Source: Oscillospiraceae bacterium (lineage in GTDB: Bacteria > Bacillota > Clostridia > Oscillospirales > CAG-272). Taken from it: a stretch of 59,503 nucleotides of DNA. The position numbers were made by a program, and so were the translations under genes. Location of the stretch: positions 1 through 59,503 of the forward strand of contig SVSQ01000002.1 in NCBI GenBank assembly GCA_015064245.1, given 5' to 3'. Shown piece by piece: positions 10,029 through 20,045 of the stretch (position 1 is the stretch's first letter; each line of letters begins with the position of its first letter). The notes beneath the pieces are model-generated. The model was given only the letters and a program-made list of their open reading frames with translations. It was not told the origin of the DNA and made no database searches.

Positions 10029-11306
10029 ATGAATTTAAACGCAATAATTGACTCACTTAAGGATTGCCCTTGCGGCAGAAAACACAGCTTCGATTTGAAA
10101 TATTACGAGTGCGAGAGCGGACTCGTTCACAGATGCGGAGAGATACTTAAAGCAAATAGTTTTCCAAAAAAGATATACGTTGTTACAGATGAAAGCGCGT
10201 TCAGAGCCGCAGAGGGAATCGTCGAGTCCCTTGAAAAGGCGGGCTTTGACATGGAGATCAAAGTGTATCCGGATATGAAATACGCGTATATGGCAACCTC
10301 AGACGAGATATTAAAAGCAAGCGAAAGCTTTGACGGAATACTGTCTGTCGGAACAGGCTCGGTAAACGACGTATGCAGATATGCCGCTGCAAGAGCAGAC
10401 AAAGCTTTTGCAATATTCGGAACAGCGCCCTCTATGGACGGCTTCGCCTCGGATTCCGCGCCGCTTATCGCAAATAACTTCAAAATATCCTATCCTTGCC
10501 GTCAGCCCTCGATAGTTCTCGCAGACGCTGATATCCTCGCCGCATCTCCGGATGAACTCAAGAGCGCGGGATTTGGAGACGTTATCGCGAAATATGTCGG
10601 AATAGTTGACTGGAAGGTGGCAAGATACACGGTAGGGGAGTACTACTGCGAAAATATAGTCAAGCTTGTAAAGGATACGGTAGATAACGTAATGACCTTG
10701 GCTGACAAGGTGACGTCAAAATCTCCCGAAGCCGCCAAGGCTATAATGGATACGCTCATTCTCACGGGCTGCGCTATGCAGCTGGCAAAATGTACGCGTC
10801 CGGCATCGGGCTCAGAGCACGTCGTGTCTCATTTTTGGGAGATACATAAGCTTGAGAAGGGAATATGGCCCGACTACCACGGTAAAAAGGTAGGTATGGC
10901 GACGCTTCTCGTTACCAAAATATATAAAGCTCTGCTTAAATACGACGAGATCGAGCCTAAAAAGGAGCGCTTCGTAATCGATGACGTCCTCAGTCACTAC
11001 AGCGAAAGAAACAAGGATGAGATACTGGGCTATAATATTCCGCTGCCCACGGACGAGATCGATCTTGAAAAGTTTAAAGCGGATTGGAAGCTCATAAAAG
11101 AGGATATAAGAACCGTTCTGCCGGATTACGACGTTCTTCTCGAAGCGATGAAGAAAGCTGGATGCGCCACAACTCTTGAAGAGTGCAACCTCAGCCCCGA
11201 ATTTGCTATAGAAGGACTTATCTACAGCCCGTATATGAGAAGAAGGATCACACTTCTCAGAATCATGTGTATGTTCTGCGATATGGAGGAGGATATTTTT
11301 CTATGA
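10029..11306 (+). CDS. sn-glycerol-1-phosphate dehydrogenase family (iron-containing ADH superfamily, AraM/EgsA-like)
   Basis: 425 aa; GTGSVNDVCRYAA, SGSEHVVSHFWE metal-site motifs. Confidence 0.7.
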   Translation: MNLNAIIDSLKDCPCGRKHSFDLKYYECESGLVHRCGEILKANSFPKKIYVVTDESAFRAAEGIVESLEKAGFDMEIKVYPDMKYAYMATSDEILKASESFDGILSVGTGSVNDVCRYAAARADKAFAIFGTAPSMDGFASDSAPLIANNFKISYPCRQPSIVLADADILAASPDELKSAGFGDVIAKYVGIVDWKVARYTVGEYYCENIVKLVKDTVDNVMTLADKVTSKSPEAAKAIMDTLILTGCAMQLAKCTRPASGSEHVVSHFWEIHKLEKGIWPDYHGKKVGMATLLVTKIYKALLKYDEIEPKKERFVIDDVLSHYSERNKDEILGYNIPLPTDEIDLEKFKADWKLIKEDIRTVLPDYDVLLEAMKKAGCATTLEECNLSPEFAIEGLIYSPYMRRRITLLRIMCMFCDMEEDIFL

Positions 11307-11740
11307 TGAAATTTTTAAAGAATAACGCATATCCTGAGATCAGCCTGCATGATAAGGCTTTCAAGCTCGTTAAGCTACAGGACGGAATAAAGTTTGTTTT
11401 TTCAGATGGATTTATCCATGTTTGTGAAGACGGAAACAAGGACGTCAAGGGAGAAATAGTCATAAATAACATTGATCCTGACGAATTCAGAATAACCTGC
11501 GTAAAGCCATTTAATTTTTGGGGTTATCACCGTATGATAACCAGAGATCTTACGTTTGCGGAATTCGAGAGGATTTTTGATAATTATGAGCTGGAGATCT
11601 TTGACGAATATTACGCGTATAATTCATTTATTTGGCGATGCGCTTTTAAACCCTACGACAAAAAAATGCGAAGTAAATACTATCAAATTGAGATCGAGGT
11701 GTATTCGGAATCTCCGCTTGAATATTTTATAGACGAATGA
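11303..11740 (+). CDS. hypothetical protein (145 aa)
   Basis: ATG at 11303 overlaps the upstream stop (ATGA) and follows GGAGGAGGA; the longer track ORF from 11183 lies inside the upstream gene. Confidence 0.55.
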   Translation: MMKFLKNNAYPEISLHDKAFKLVKLQDGIKFVFSDGFIHVCEDGNKDVKGEIVINNIDPDEFRITCVKPFNFWGYHRMITRDLTFAEFERIFDNYELEIFDEYYAYNSFIWRCAFKPYDKKMRSKYYQIEIEVYSESPLEYFIDE

Positions 11741-11747
11741 TTTACAT

Positions 11748-11779
11748 AAAAAAACAGGCTTTTAAGCCTGTTTTTTTTA
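11748..11779. terminator. bidirectional intrinsic terminator
   Basis: A run, ACAGGCT (11754-11760) / AGCCTGT (11765-11771), then T8. Confidence 0.8.
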
Positions 11780-11788
11780 TGTATAACC

Positions 11789-14755
11789 TTATTTAACGTC
11801 GATTCCGAATCTCACGAAGCTGTAATCGTGAACGAAGGCGGAACATTCAGCGCCATTCCACTGCTTTTCAAAGGAGAAGGTCTTTGGGCTGATGCCGTAA
11901 GGCTCAGCGTTCTGACAGTGGTGAGGACCGAGCAGATTTCGCATAGAGTTGCAAAGCGTAAGCACGATCTCGTTCTTACCTTCTTTAAGGTAGGGTGCAA
12001 GGTCGAGATATTTAGAGAACATTACCGTTCCTGCAAATTCACCGTTTATTGTAACGTCGCAAACGCAGAATCTTCCGTCAAGCTTCAGAACCGTCGCGTC
12101 ACCGGATCTATAATCAAGCGTGGTCTTCATCTCCAGCTTGCCGCAGTAGAAGGGATATCCGTCCGTTACGACGTTCGACGCATCGATAGACTTCTTCTGC
12201 TCCGTGAGCGCGAATCCGCAGGAGAGGGGATAGCGGTAAGCGGCGTTGGGCTCAGACTTGAAAGCGTCGGCGTCCGTCTTGACCTCAAAGCTTCCGAGGA
12301 GGTAGATCGCTTCTATCTCGGTGTTGAATACGAGACAGTTACGAAGGCTCTCCATTACGTTATCGTTAATAACGTGGAATACGTAGTCGCTCTGATAGTA
12401 GTTCAGATGCAGAACGACGGTATTTTCTCCGACGCAGGTGAAGGGTGCGATATTCGTGAGCTTGAAATATTGGTCAAACCAAGCCTTTTTGCCCATTTCC
12501 ACAGGCTGACCGTTCACAATAACATCGAGAATTCCGGGTTTTTCAATAACTACCGAGAGCTTCTTGGGAATAAATTCGGAATTGAACTTGAATTTGAGCC
12601 AGATATCGCCGTTGAAACGTTCTGTAAGCAGATTGTCTCTTATGCGCTCGATTGGACGCTCCTCGGAGAATTCCTTGCCGTCGAAGGAGATCTCGGCTCT
12701 GTCGAGAGTCATCATATTTTCAGGCAGCTTATTGAATACGAACTTGTTTTCAAGCTTGATCAGAGCCTTTTCCGGAACGCTTACAAATTCGTCAAAGGGA
12801 ATTTCGCCTTCGCAGATCACGTAAGCCTGACTTCCTTCAAAGTCGAGGAGGACTTCGGTGTTTTCGCCGTTGTATCTTCCGCGAAGAGCCTTAGGCTCAA
12901 GGGTGAGAATGTCAAGAGAAACAAGCTTTGAATTACCCTTTACTGTGAATACGGTATCCTTAAACTCGGTGTTTGAGAGATTGGTCAGATAGTAGACTTT
13001 TCCGTACTTAGTTTCTCTGACCATGGCGTTAATCTGAGGGATATTGTTACCGTCAGCGCCGCGGAGGGTATATTCGCAGTTACCGCAGAGTGAAGCAAAA
13101 ACTTCTTCGTCTGCAAGATCGGGACAGCCGTTTAAGAATTCGAAGGCGCAAGCGTCGATCTCTTTACCGTCAACGTATTTCGGAAGATGCTTTTTGAAGG
13201 TGTATATCTTTCCGCCGTTTTCCTTGAAATTTTTAAGGAGATAAAGAGTATTTGAATCAATGGTATCGACCGCAGGGAGAATTACCGTCTTGTAGGAGCA
13301 TTTTCCGACCTTGAAAACGTCTCCCTTCACGGAAGCAAGCTCGTTCATCATGCTTTCCTCGCCGAAATGATAGGGAAGCTGATGCTGAGAAAGCTTGACG
13401 AATAACTGATTAAAGTCGTTTTCAACGTTAGCCACGGATCCGCCGACGTGACGGCGGTAAGTAAGCCAAGCGGTATGTATCGGATGGATAACGAGTATAT
13501 CCGCGTGCTCCTTGCCCATTGAAAGAATATATCCGAGATTGTTGAAATACTCGTCGAATTCTCTGAGCTTGTATTGCCAGGGGTTATGCTCGGAATAGTG
13601 AGCGGGGTAGTCACGCTTTCTCTGACCTCTTTCGGAGTAAGGATACAGGTGCTGGCACATAATGTTCACGCCGCCTGCGTACTGAAGCTCTGCGATATGC
13701 TTGAGCTCCGTGGGAGAGACGTCCCAGCCGCAGCAGGCGAACATCTCGGAAAGCGCTTTTTTCTTACCAAGCTGCTGGCAGGCAGAACCGAGCTGCTTGC
13801 CGGAAAGGGGAGTCTGAAGTCCTCTGCCGAGATAGTCGATGCCCGGAATATGCTCGTACTGATAAAAAGGCATTATCGAGCCCATGCACGCCATCTGTCC
13901 TGCAAGGCTGGACTCTTCGATACCGTGACCGGTTATCATGATACCGTTTTCTTCCGCCCAGTCATATATCTTTTTTGCAAAATTCTCCATGAATTTAACG
14001 TGGATCATTTTATTGTAGTCGTAAAGATATTTTTCAAAGCCTTCAAAATCGCAGAAAATAGCGGGAATAGCGTCAAAAACGGAATAGCCGTAATCTTCCT
14101 CAAACCATTTTTCCATAAATTTTGAATATGGGGAAGCGTATCTGTAATACTGGGGCTCGTCGGTAAAGAAGCCTGGCATTGAAGTACCGAAGGTCTTACC
14201 AAGACGCTTCTGATATTCAACGTGTGTGTGCTCGATGAATTTTTCTGTGATATCGCCTCTCAGCGTGTCAACGTAAGAGGAGTCTGTGCAGTAATAAACA
14301 GCCAGATATTTTTCAGCGTTTTCAATGGGAGCTTTGGTAAGAACGGGCTTATCTTTGCCGCATACAGCGTAGAGCGCGTATATACCGTCGGTATCCTCGG
14401 GGAAGGTCTCAAAAAACTTGTGTTTAAGAAAAACGGAATGGTTGTCGGGATCTTCGAGAAGAATACCGCCTGCAAATCCGCTTGGCCATCCGTTTTCATC
14501 GTAGGACCAGGCTTCCATGCCAAGCTTTTCAGCCTCGTCGATACAAGCCTTGACACATTTGAACCAATCATCTGAAAGATATTCAGTTTCAAGACCGCCG
14601 CGGGCATGCATGAAAAAGCCGTTTATGCCCATATCGTGCATATTTCTTATCTGACGGCGAAGCTCCTTCGGGTCAAGCTTGTCGTTCCAGCTCCAGAAAG
14701 GGATGCTTCCATAGCTGAGTGCATTTTTCTTGATTTCATTTATCATTTTTTTCAT
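11789..14755 (-). CDS. large intracellular glycoside hydrolase (988 aa), family not assignable by eye
   Basis: No signal peptide. N-terminal IPFWSWNDKL...GINGFFMHARGGL...YDENGWPSGFAGG TIM-barrel-like module. C-terminal galactose-binding-like module (VTINGEFAG...LKEGKNEIVLTL). Confidence 0.65.
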   Translation of the reverse strand: MKKMINEIKKNALSYGSIPFWSWNDKLDPKELRRQIRNMHDMGINGFFMHARGGLETEYLSDDWFKCVKACIDEAEKLGMEAWSYDENGWPSGFAGGILLEDPDNHSVFLKHKFFETFPEDTDGIYALYAVCGKDKPVLTKAPIENAEKYLAVYYCTDSSYVDTLRGDITEKFIEHTHVEYQKRLGKTFGTSMPGFFTDEPQYYRYASPYSKFMEKWFEEDYGYSVFDAIPAIFCDFEGFEKYLYDYNKMIHVKFMENFAKKIYDWAEENGIMITGHGIEESSLAGQMACMGSIMPFYQYEHIPGIDYLGRGLQTPLSGKQLGSACQQLGKKKALSEMFACCGWDVSPTELKHIAELQYAGGVNIMCQHLYPYSERGQRKRDYPAHYSEHNPWQYKLREFDEYFNNLGYILSMGKEHADILVIHPIHTAWLTYRRHVGGSVANVENDFNQLFVKLSQHQLPYHFGEESMMNELASVKGDVFKVGKCSYKTVILPAVDTIDSNTLYLLKNFKENGGKIYTFKKHLPKYVDGKEIDACAFEFLNGCPDLADEEVFASLCGNCEYTLRGADGNNIPQINAMVRETKYGKVYYLTNLSNTEFKDTVFTVKGNSKLVSLDILTLEPKALRGRYNGENTEVLLDFEGSQAYVICEGEIPFDEFVSVPEKALIKLENKFVFNKLPENMMTLDRAEISFDGKEFSEERPIERIRDNLLTERFNGDIWLKFKFNSEFIPKKLSVVIEKPGILDVIVNGQPVEMGKKAWFDQYFKLTNIAPFTCVGENTVVLHLNYYQSDYVFHVINDNVMESLRNCLVFNTEIEAIYLLGSFEVKTDADAFKSEPNAAYRYPLSCGFALTEQKKSIDASNVVTDGYPFYCGKLEMKTTLDYRSGDATVLKLDGRFCVCDVTINGEFAGTVMFSKYLDLAPYLKEGKNEIVLTLCNSMRNLLGPHHCQNAEPYGISPKTFSFEKQWNGAECSAFVHDYSFVRFGIDVK

Positions 14756-14774
14756 AACGTTAGTTTCCTTACCT

Positions 14775-15929
14775 TTATAAAATTATAAAAAAGCAAAAGA
14801 TTGTGAGAATGAATAAAAACGCAAAATTAAATATTGTGAAGACTTTTATGAATCTTCCGGCAGAGCCGGGATTAAAAGAAACGTAATTCTTAAATGTAAT
14901 AAGCGAAGCCAAAGACGCGATCAATGTTCCGGTGCCGCCGATGTTGACTCCAAGAAGCAAGGCTTTATAATCTGTTGTGAAATGTGAGAGCAGAACAGCG
15001 GACGGAACATTTGAAATGAACTGGCAGGATATTACGGAAAAAATAAGCGTGTTTTTTGAAAGCAGATAGGAAAGCAGCTCGTTCACCGCATCGATCCGCG
15101 CCATATTTCCGGCAAAGATGAAAAAGAATACGAACGTAAACAGAAGAGCATAATCTACTTTCTTAAGGGCATCTCTGTCCGAAAAAAGTATTCCGATGAA
15201 AACTATCGGCAGACCAATAAAGTAGGGTATAACTCTGAATACGATAATTATTGAAACTGCGAAAAGAGCAAGATAATAAGCCGTACGTTTTACACTTAGT
15301 CTTTTATGATCGAAGCTGCTCATGTGAAGCTCAGTCTTGGGAAAGAGAAAACAGCAGAGGGTGATCATAGCGATAGCGAGTGCAAAGGGCAGGAACATTA
15401 TTTGCATAAATTCTGCGGTGGGAATATTAAAGTAGGAGTAGAGATAGAGGTTTTGAGGATTTCCGAAGGGGGTGAGCATACCGCCGAGATTAGCGGAAAT
15501 ATTCTGAAGAACGAAGAGCTTAGCCATATGCTTTTCATTATCGGTACGCTGCAAAACAAAATAACCAAGCGGCAAAAACGTCAGCAGAGCCATATCGTTG
15601 GCGATCAGCATCGAGCCGATAAAGGTTATATAAACTATAGCAATTACGGAAGTTCTTAGATTTCCCGTAAGAGCGACGATCTTTTCTGCGAGAATCGAAA
15701 AGAATCTGATATTTTTCAGCGCGCAGATCACTGCAAGAGTGGCGAACAAGCAGGACAGTGTATTAAGATCAAAATAATCTAAGTATTTACTGTCCGGCGG
15801 AACAATGATCGAGGTAATAAGCGCCGCTGCAAAGGCGATGCAGAGAACGGCGTTCTTTTTTAAGAATGTTTGAAAATCAGTTATAAAGGTTTCAAAAGAG
15901 TATTTTTTTAGTTTTATGTCAGATATCAT
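14775..15929 (-). CDS. ArsB/NhaD (CitMHS-like) superfamily anion permease
   Basis: 384 aa polytopic membrane protein with GGMLTPFGNPQNLYL and GVNIGGTGTLIASLA motifs. Confidence 0.7.
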   Translation of the reverse strand: MISDIKLKKYSFETFITDFQTFLKKNAVLCIAFAAALITSIIVPPDSKYLDYFDLNTLSCLFATLAVICALKNIRFFSILAEKIVALTGNLRTSVIAIVYITFIGSMLIANDMALLTFLPLGYFVLQRTDNEKHMAKLFVLQNISANLGGMLTPFGNPQNLYLYSYFNIPTAEFMQIMFLPFALAIAMITLCCFLFPKTELHMSSFDHKRLSVKRTAYYLALFAVSIIIVFRVIPYFIGLPIVFIGILFSDRDALKKVDYALLFTFVFFFIFAGNMARIDAVNELLSYLLSKNTLIFSVISCQFISNVPSAVLLSHFTTDYKALLLGVNIGGTGTLIASLASLITFKNYVSFNPGSAGRFIKVFTIFNFAFLFILTIFCFFIIL

Positions 15930-15953
15930 ATAAGTTGTGCCGATTTTGATCCT

Positions 15954-17558
15954 TTACATTTTTTCAGCAGCTTTAGCCGCTTTCATTTCAACGAATTCTT
16001 CATAGGTTCCGAGGAAGTCCGTCATTCCGTCGGGGGTGATCTCGATTATTCTGTTTGCAACGGTGTTTACGATCTCATAGTCGTGTGAGGTGAAGAGAAC
16101 GATGCTCTTGAAATCGCTGAGACCGTTGTTTACCGCGGTTATAGATTCAAGGTCAAGATGGTCGGTGGGCTGATCGAGAATAAGAACGTTTGCGCCCTTG
16201 AGCATCATACGTGAGAACATACAGCGAACCTTTTCGCCTCCTGAAAGGACGTTAACAGGCTTATAGACGCTGTCGCCCGAGAAGAGCATACGTCCGAGGA
16301 AGCCTCTGAGATAAGCCTCGGTCTGATCGGTGGAGTAGTTTCTCATCCAGTCGATGATAGTCTCGTTATGACCGTTGAAGTAAGCGGAATTATCGTGAGG
16401 GAAGTAGGAGCGGGAGGTGCTGATGCCCCACTTGAATTCACCCTTTGTCTGCTCAGCCTCTTCCATAAGGACTGAAAAGAGAGCGGTAATAGACATTTCA
16501 TTTCCAACGAAAGCGATCTTATCGTCCTTACCAACGGTAAACGAAACGTTTTTGAAGAGAGAAACGCCGTCCTTTTCAAGAGAAAGTTCTTTTACGGTTA
16601 GGATATCCTTACCAAGCTGACGGTCGATATCAAAGCCGATGTACGGATATCTTCTGCTGGATGCGGGAAGCTCCTCAATAGTGAGCTTTTCAAGAAGCTT
16701 TCTTCTGGAGGTAGCTTGTCGCGATTTTGATTTATTTGCGGAGAAACGGGAGATAAAGGACTGAAGCTCCTTGATCTTGTCCTCGTTCTTCTTGTTCTGC
16801 TGCTTGATCATCCTCTGGATGAGCTGGCTGGATTCGTACCAGAACTCGTAGTTACCGACGTACATCTTTATTCCGTTATAGTCTATATCAACGATGTTGG
16901 TACAAACGTCGTTAAGGAAGTGACGGTCGTGAGAGATAACGAGGACCGTTCCGAAATAGTCAGCAAGGAAGTCTTCGAGCCAAGCCACTGCCGCGAGATC
17001 GAGACCGTTGGTAGGCTCGTCGAGAAGGATAATGTCGGGATTTCCGAAAAGCGCCTGAGCAAGAAGGATCTTGACCTTGTCGCTTTCCTTGAGAGTGGAC
17101 ATCTCGTCATAAAGAATGTCAACGGAAAGACCAAGACCTGCGATAAGCTTGGAAGCCTCGGATTCAGCCTCCCAACCGTTAAGCTCTGCAAATTCAGCTT
17201 CAAGATCGGAGGCGCGGAGACCGTCCTCCTCCGTAAAGTCTTCCTTTGCGTAAAGCTCGTCCTTTTCCTTCATAATGTCGTAAAGACGCTTGTTGCCCAT
17301 AATTACCGTGTCAAGTACTGTAAATGCTTCAAAAGCGAAGTGGTCCTGCTTGAGCACGGACATTCTGATGTCTTCGGGAATGGAGATATCACCGGTCGCA
17401 GGCTCCAATTCTCCGCAGAGAAGCTTAAAGAAGGTGGATTTTCCGGCGCCGTTTGCACCGATGATGCCGTAGCAGTTACCGGGTGTGAATTTAAGATCTA
17501 CGTTTTTAAAAAGCGTTTGTCCACCGAAATGGAAGCTTAGATTATTGACTGTGATCAA
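15954..17558 (-). CDS. ABC-F family ATPase (two ABC cassettes)
   Basis: GANGAGKST and second Walker A; LSGGEKVR signature. The TTG start at 17558 begins ITVNNLSFHF, 20 nt after the upstream stop. The longer track ORF overlaps the upstream gene. Confidence 0.85.
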   Translation of the reverse strand: MITVNNLSFHFGGQTLFKNVDLKFTPGNCYGIIGANGAGKSTFFKLLCGELEPATGDISIPEDIRMSVLKQDHFAFEAFTVLDTVIMGNKRLYDIMKEKDELYAKEDFTEEDGLRASDLEAEFAELNGWEAESEASKLIAGLGLSVDILYDEMSTLKESDKVKILLAQALFGNPDIILLDEPTNGLDLAAVAWLEDFLADYFGTVLVISHDRHFLNDVCTNIVDIDYNGIKMYVGNYEFWYESSQLIQRMIKQQNKKNEDKIKELQSFISRFSANKSKSRQATSRRKLLEKLTIEELPASSRRYPYIGFDIDRQLGKDILTVKELSLEKDGVSLFKNVSFTVGKDDKIAFVGNEMSITALFSVLMEEAEQTKGEFKWGISTSRSYFPHDNSAYFNGHNETIIDWMRNYSTDQTEAYLRGFLGRMLFSGDSVYKPVNVLSGGEKVRCMFSRMMLKGANVLILDQPTDHLDLESITAVNNGLSDFKSIVLFTSHDYEIVNTVANRIIEITPDGMTDFLGTYEEFVEMKAAKAAEKM

Positions 17559-17577
17559 TTTTAATGTTACCTTTCTT

Positions 17578-18108
17578 TTAATTGAATAGAGAATCGCCGT
17601 AAATATCGTTGCCGACGACGAGAGGGAAGTTCTCAAAAACCATCTTCTTGCAGGATTCGCATCCGAGCTCTTCAAAAGCTATGACCTCGACGCTCTTTAT
17701 GCAGCTTGCGGCGATAGCTCCCGCCCCGCCCATAGCGCAAAGATACACGGCTCCGTGTTTTTTCATCGCGTCATTTACTTGTTTTGAACGTCCGCCCTTG
17801 CCGATAGTCGCGAGAAGCCCCATTTCCAGCAGCTCTTCCATAAAACCGTCCATTCTCGAGGAGGTAGTCGGACCGCAGGAGCCGATTGCCATGCCGGGCT
17901 TTGCAGGCGTAGGACCGCAATAATAGATAACCGCGTCTTTAATCTCGAAAGGAAGCTTTTTGCCCTCTCGGATAAGAGACGTTATTTTTTTATGTACGGC
18001 ATCGCGGGCGCAATAGACCGTTCCGGAAAGGCAGATCGCATCTCCGGCTCGCAGCTCTGAAAGATGCTCTCTCAAATCAGCGGTATTATAATGTTTACAG
18101 GTATCCAC
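17578..18108 (-). CDS. Fe-S hydro-lyase beta subunit (class I fumarate hydratase / L(+)-tartrate dehydratase C-terminal domain family)
   Basis: 176 aa; GTVYCARDAVHKK, YYCGPTPAKPG, GPTTSSRMD, IGKGG. Confidence 0.8.
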   Translation of the reverse strand: MDTCKHYNTADLREHLSELRAGDAICLSGTVYCARDAVHKKITSLIREGKKLPFEIKDAVIYYCGPTPAKPGMAIGSCGPTTSSRMDGFMEELLEMGLLATIGKGGRSKQVNDAMKKHGAVYLCAMGGAGAIAASCIKSVEVIAFEELGCESCKKMVFENFPLVVGNDIYGDSLFN

Positions 18109-18238
18109 ATCAATTTTCCTTTTATTTATATTTATTTAATTATAGCATAGCATCAGATTTTTTTCAATAGCTTTATGTGTCTTTAACAATTTGTTAAAAA
18201 ATAGCTTGCAATACTAAAATTTCTTTTGCTTGCAGATT

Positions 18239-18271
18239 TTGACACTTTTCGCGACAGCAGTTTGGTATAAT
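18239..18271 (+). promoter_or_regulatory. spoIIG-type promoter with over-long spacer (candidate Spo0A-dependent)
   Basis: TTGACA (18239-18244), 21-nt spacer containing TTCGCGACA (0A-box-like), TATAAT (18266-18271). Confidence 0.5.
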
Positions 18272-18301
18272 TACTTTACTGCAGGAAAAGAGGGGATAGT
18301 A

Positions 18302-19153
18302 TTGAAGCAGGTGGTTTACGGAGACGTGCTTTTTATAATAAATTTTTGCATGGATTATTTAGCCCTATACATAACTTCATATTTATTAAGGATCAAATAT
18401 AAGCGCTGGGGAGCATTTGTTTCAGCTATGCTCGGTTCGCTGTATTCTTTGATATGTATAATGAACTCAGAAGATCATATAGTATTTTCGGTGCTGTGCG
18501 CGTTTATAATGTGTTTCGTGGCTTTTTGGGGAAACAGTAAGAAATATCTGCTTTATGAGGTCATCGTATTTTTTGCGGTGAATTTCCTGTTAGGCGGCGG
18601 AATGACGGCGGTATTCAACCTATTCAACTCCTTGGGGAACAGCAGGGAGATACTGATATTCGGAGAACTGAATACGGTGTCGAAAAATATGCCGCTCGGA
18701 ATATTTACTCTTGGATTTTCGCTCATAACCGTTGTAGCTATAGTTTTTGGAAGAATAATGACAAGAGAATCCAAAAGCAGAAAAGCGATAATTACAATAA
18801 CGGTAAATAACGAAGCGGAAAACTTTTTAGTGCGAGAGGATTCCGGAAATCTTCTAACTGAGGTTGTAAGCGGAGAATCCGTCATTTTTCTGACGGAGAG
18901 CGCTATGCTCAGGCTCTTTAATCAGTCCGAGTTAGACGCTATTAAGAATATAGACCTGCCAAAGGTAACTGAAAGTAATATAAAAGCCAGAATATTGGTA
19001 TATGAAACAGTAAGCGGAAAAGAGCTTTGCGCTTGCATAAAGCCTTCAAAAATACAGACTGAAGATAAAGAACTGAGCGCTTGGATAGCGGTGGGGAAAA
19101 ACATGTCGTTCGGCGGTTGCGAGGGGATCGCGCCATCTGCAGCGCTTAGTTGA
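18302..19153 (+). CDS. spoIIGA: sigma-E processing peptidase SpoIIGA
   Basis: TTG start after [30 protein letters not shown] membrane N-terminus. Aspartic protease motif EDSGNLL. Immediately upstream of sigE. Confidence 0.85.
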   Translation: MKQVVYGDVLFIINFCMDYLALYITSYLLRIKYKRWGAFVSAMLGSLYSLICIMNSEDHIVFSVLCAFIMCFVAFWGNSKKYLLYEVIVFFAVNFLLGGGMTAVFNLFNSLGNSREILIFGELNTVSKNMPLGIFTLGFSLITVVAIVFGRIMTRESKSRKAIITITVNNEAENFLVREDSGNLLTEVVSGESVIFLTESAMLRLFNQSELDAIKNIDLPKVTESNIKARILVYETVSGKELCACIKPSKIQTEDKELSAWIAVGKNMSFGGCEGIAPSAALS

Positions 19154-19172
19154 TAAAGGGGAGAGGGTAAAT

Positions 19173-19877
19173 ATGGTTATTCTTAAACAAATAATAAATT
19201 CGATCAGAAGTAAGCTGATCAAAGCAGAGGGCGTTTTTTACATAAACGGTCCCGAAACCTTACCGCCCCCTCTGACGCAGGAGCAAGAAAACGAAGCCAT
19301 CGCAAATATGCATACGAGCTCGGAGGCTAAGACCGCGCTGGTTGAGCACAATCTGAGGCTGGTTGTCTATATAGCAAAAAAATTTGAAAACGTAAATGCA
19401 GATATCGAGGACCTTATATCGATCGGAACGATCGGGCTTATGAAAGCGGTAAACACGTACAATCCGGAAAAAAACATCAAGCTGGCAACTTACGCGTCAA
19501 GATGTATAGAAAATGAGATCCTGATGTACGTCAGAAAAAACAGCTCCGCCAGATGTGAGATATCTATAGACGAGCCGCTGAAGACCGATTGGGACGGAAA
19601 TGAGCTGCTGCTTTCCGATATACTCAGCAGCGACGAGGAGCAGATATACAGCGAGCTTGAGAGTGAGGATGAGAAGAAGACGATTCAGAACGCGCTGTAC
19701 GGGCTGAGCAAGCGTGAGAGGGAGATAATAGTGCTGAGGTTCGGACTGAACGGAAGCAATAAGGAGCTTACTCAAAAGGAGGTCGCCGACCTGCTCGGCA
19801 TATCACAGTCTTATATTTCGAGACTTGAGAAAAAAATAATGCAAAGGCTGAAAAAAGAGATAGAAAATAAAATATAG
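19173..19877 (+). CDS. sigE: RNA polymerase sporulation sigma factor E (pro-sigma-E)
   Basis: 234 aa; pro-sequence then [24 protein letters not shown], region 4 [20 protein letters not shown]. Confidence 0.9.
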   Translation: MVILKQIINSIRSKLIKAEGVFYINGPETLPPPLTQEQENEAIANMHTSSEAKTALVEHNLRLVVYIAKKFENVNADIEDLISIGTIGLMKAVNTYNPEKNIKLATYASRCIENEILMYVRKNSSARCEISIDEPLKTDWDGNELLLSDILSSDEEQIYSELESEDEKKTIQNALYGLSKREREIIVLRFGLNGSNKELTQKEVADLLGISQSYISRLEKKIMQRLKKEIENKI

Positions 19878-19885
19878 AGCTGAAA

Positions 19886-19922
19886 CGCCGTATCAGATGC
19901 AAATCCGATGCGGCGCCTTTAT
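19886..19922 (+). terminator. intrinsic terminator after sigE (weak T tract)
   Basis: CGCCGTATC (19886-19894) pairs with GATGCGGCG (19907-19915), then CCTTTAT. Confidence 0.5.
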
Positions 19923-19970
19923 ATAAATAGGATAATTTTTTAACATATCCAAAACATTACAGCAAATAAA

Positions 19971-19999
19971 TTGACAGAATGGCGTAATTGTGGTATAAT
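19971..19999 (+). promoter_or_regulatory. sigma-A type promoter with extended -10
   Basis: TTGACA (19971-19976), 17-nt spacer ending TGG, TATAAT (19994-19999). Confidence 0.65.
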
Positions 20000-20045
20000 A
20001 ATATAAATATGAAATTTCAAAAACACGATAATATGGAGTTAAAAA

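Noticed and set aside
11828-12931. 367-aa + strand ORF inside the glycoside hydrolase gene
   Set aside because: It is an antisense shadow ORF of a well-supported 988-aa gene, with no RBS and no recognisable motifs. The same applies to 13574-14125 and 14222-14575.
17559-17675. N-terminal 38-aa extension of the ABC-F ORF
   Set aside because: It overlaps the 3' end of the hydro-lyase beta gene. The conserved ABC-F N-terminus (ITVNNLSFHF) begins at the TTG at 17558.
18230-18301. Upstream part of the spoIIGA track ORF
   Set aside because: It contains the TTGACA/TATAAT promoter itself. An RBS-preceded TTG at 18302 gives the canonical SpoIIGA N-terminus.
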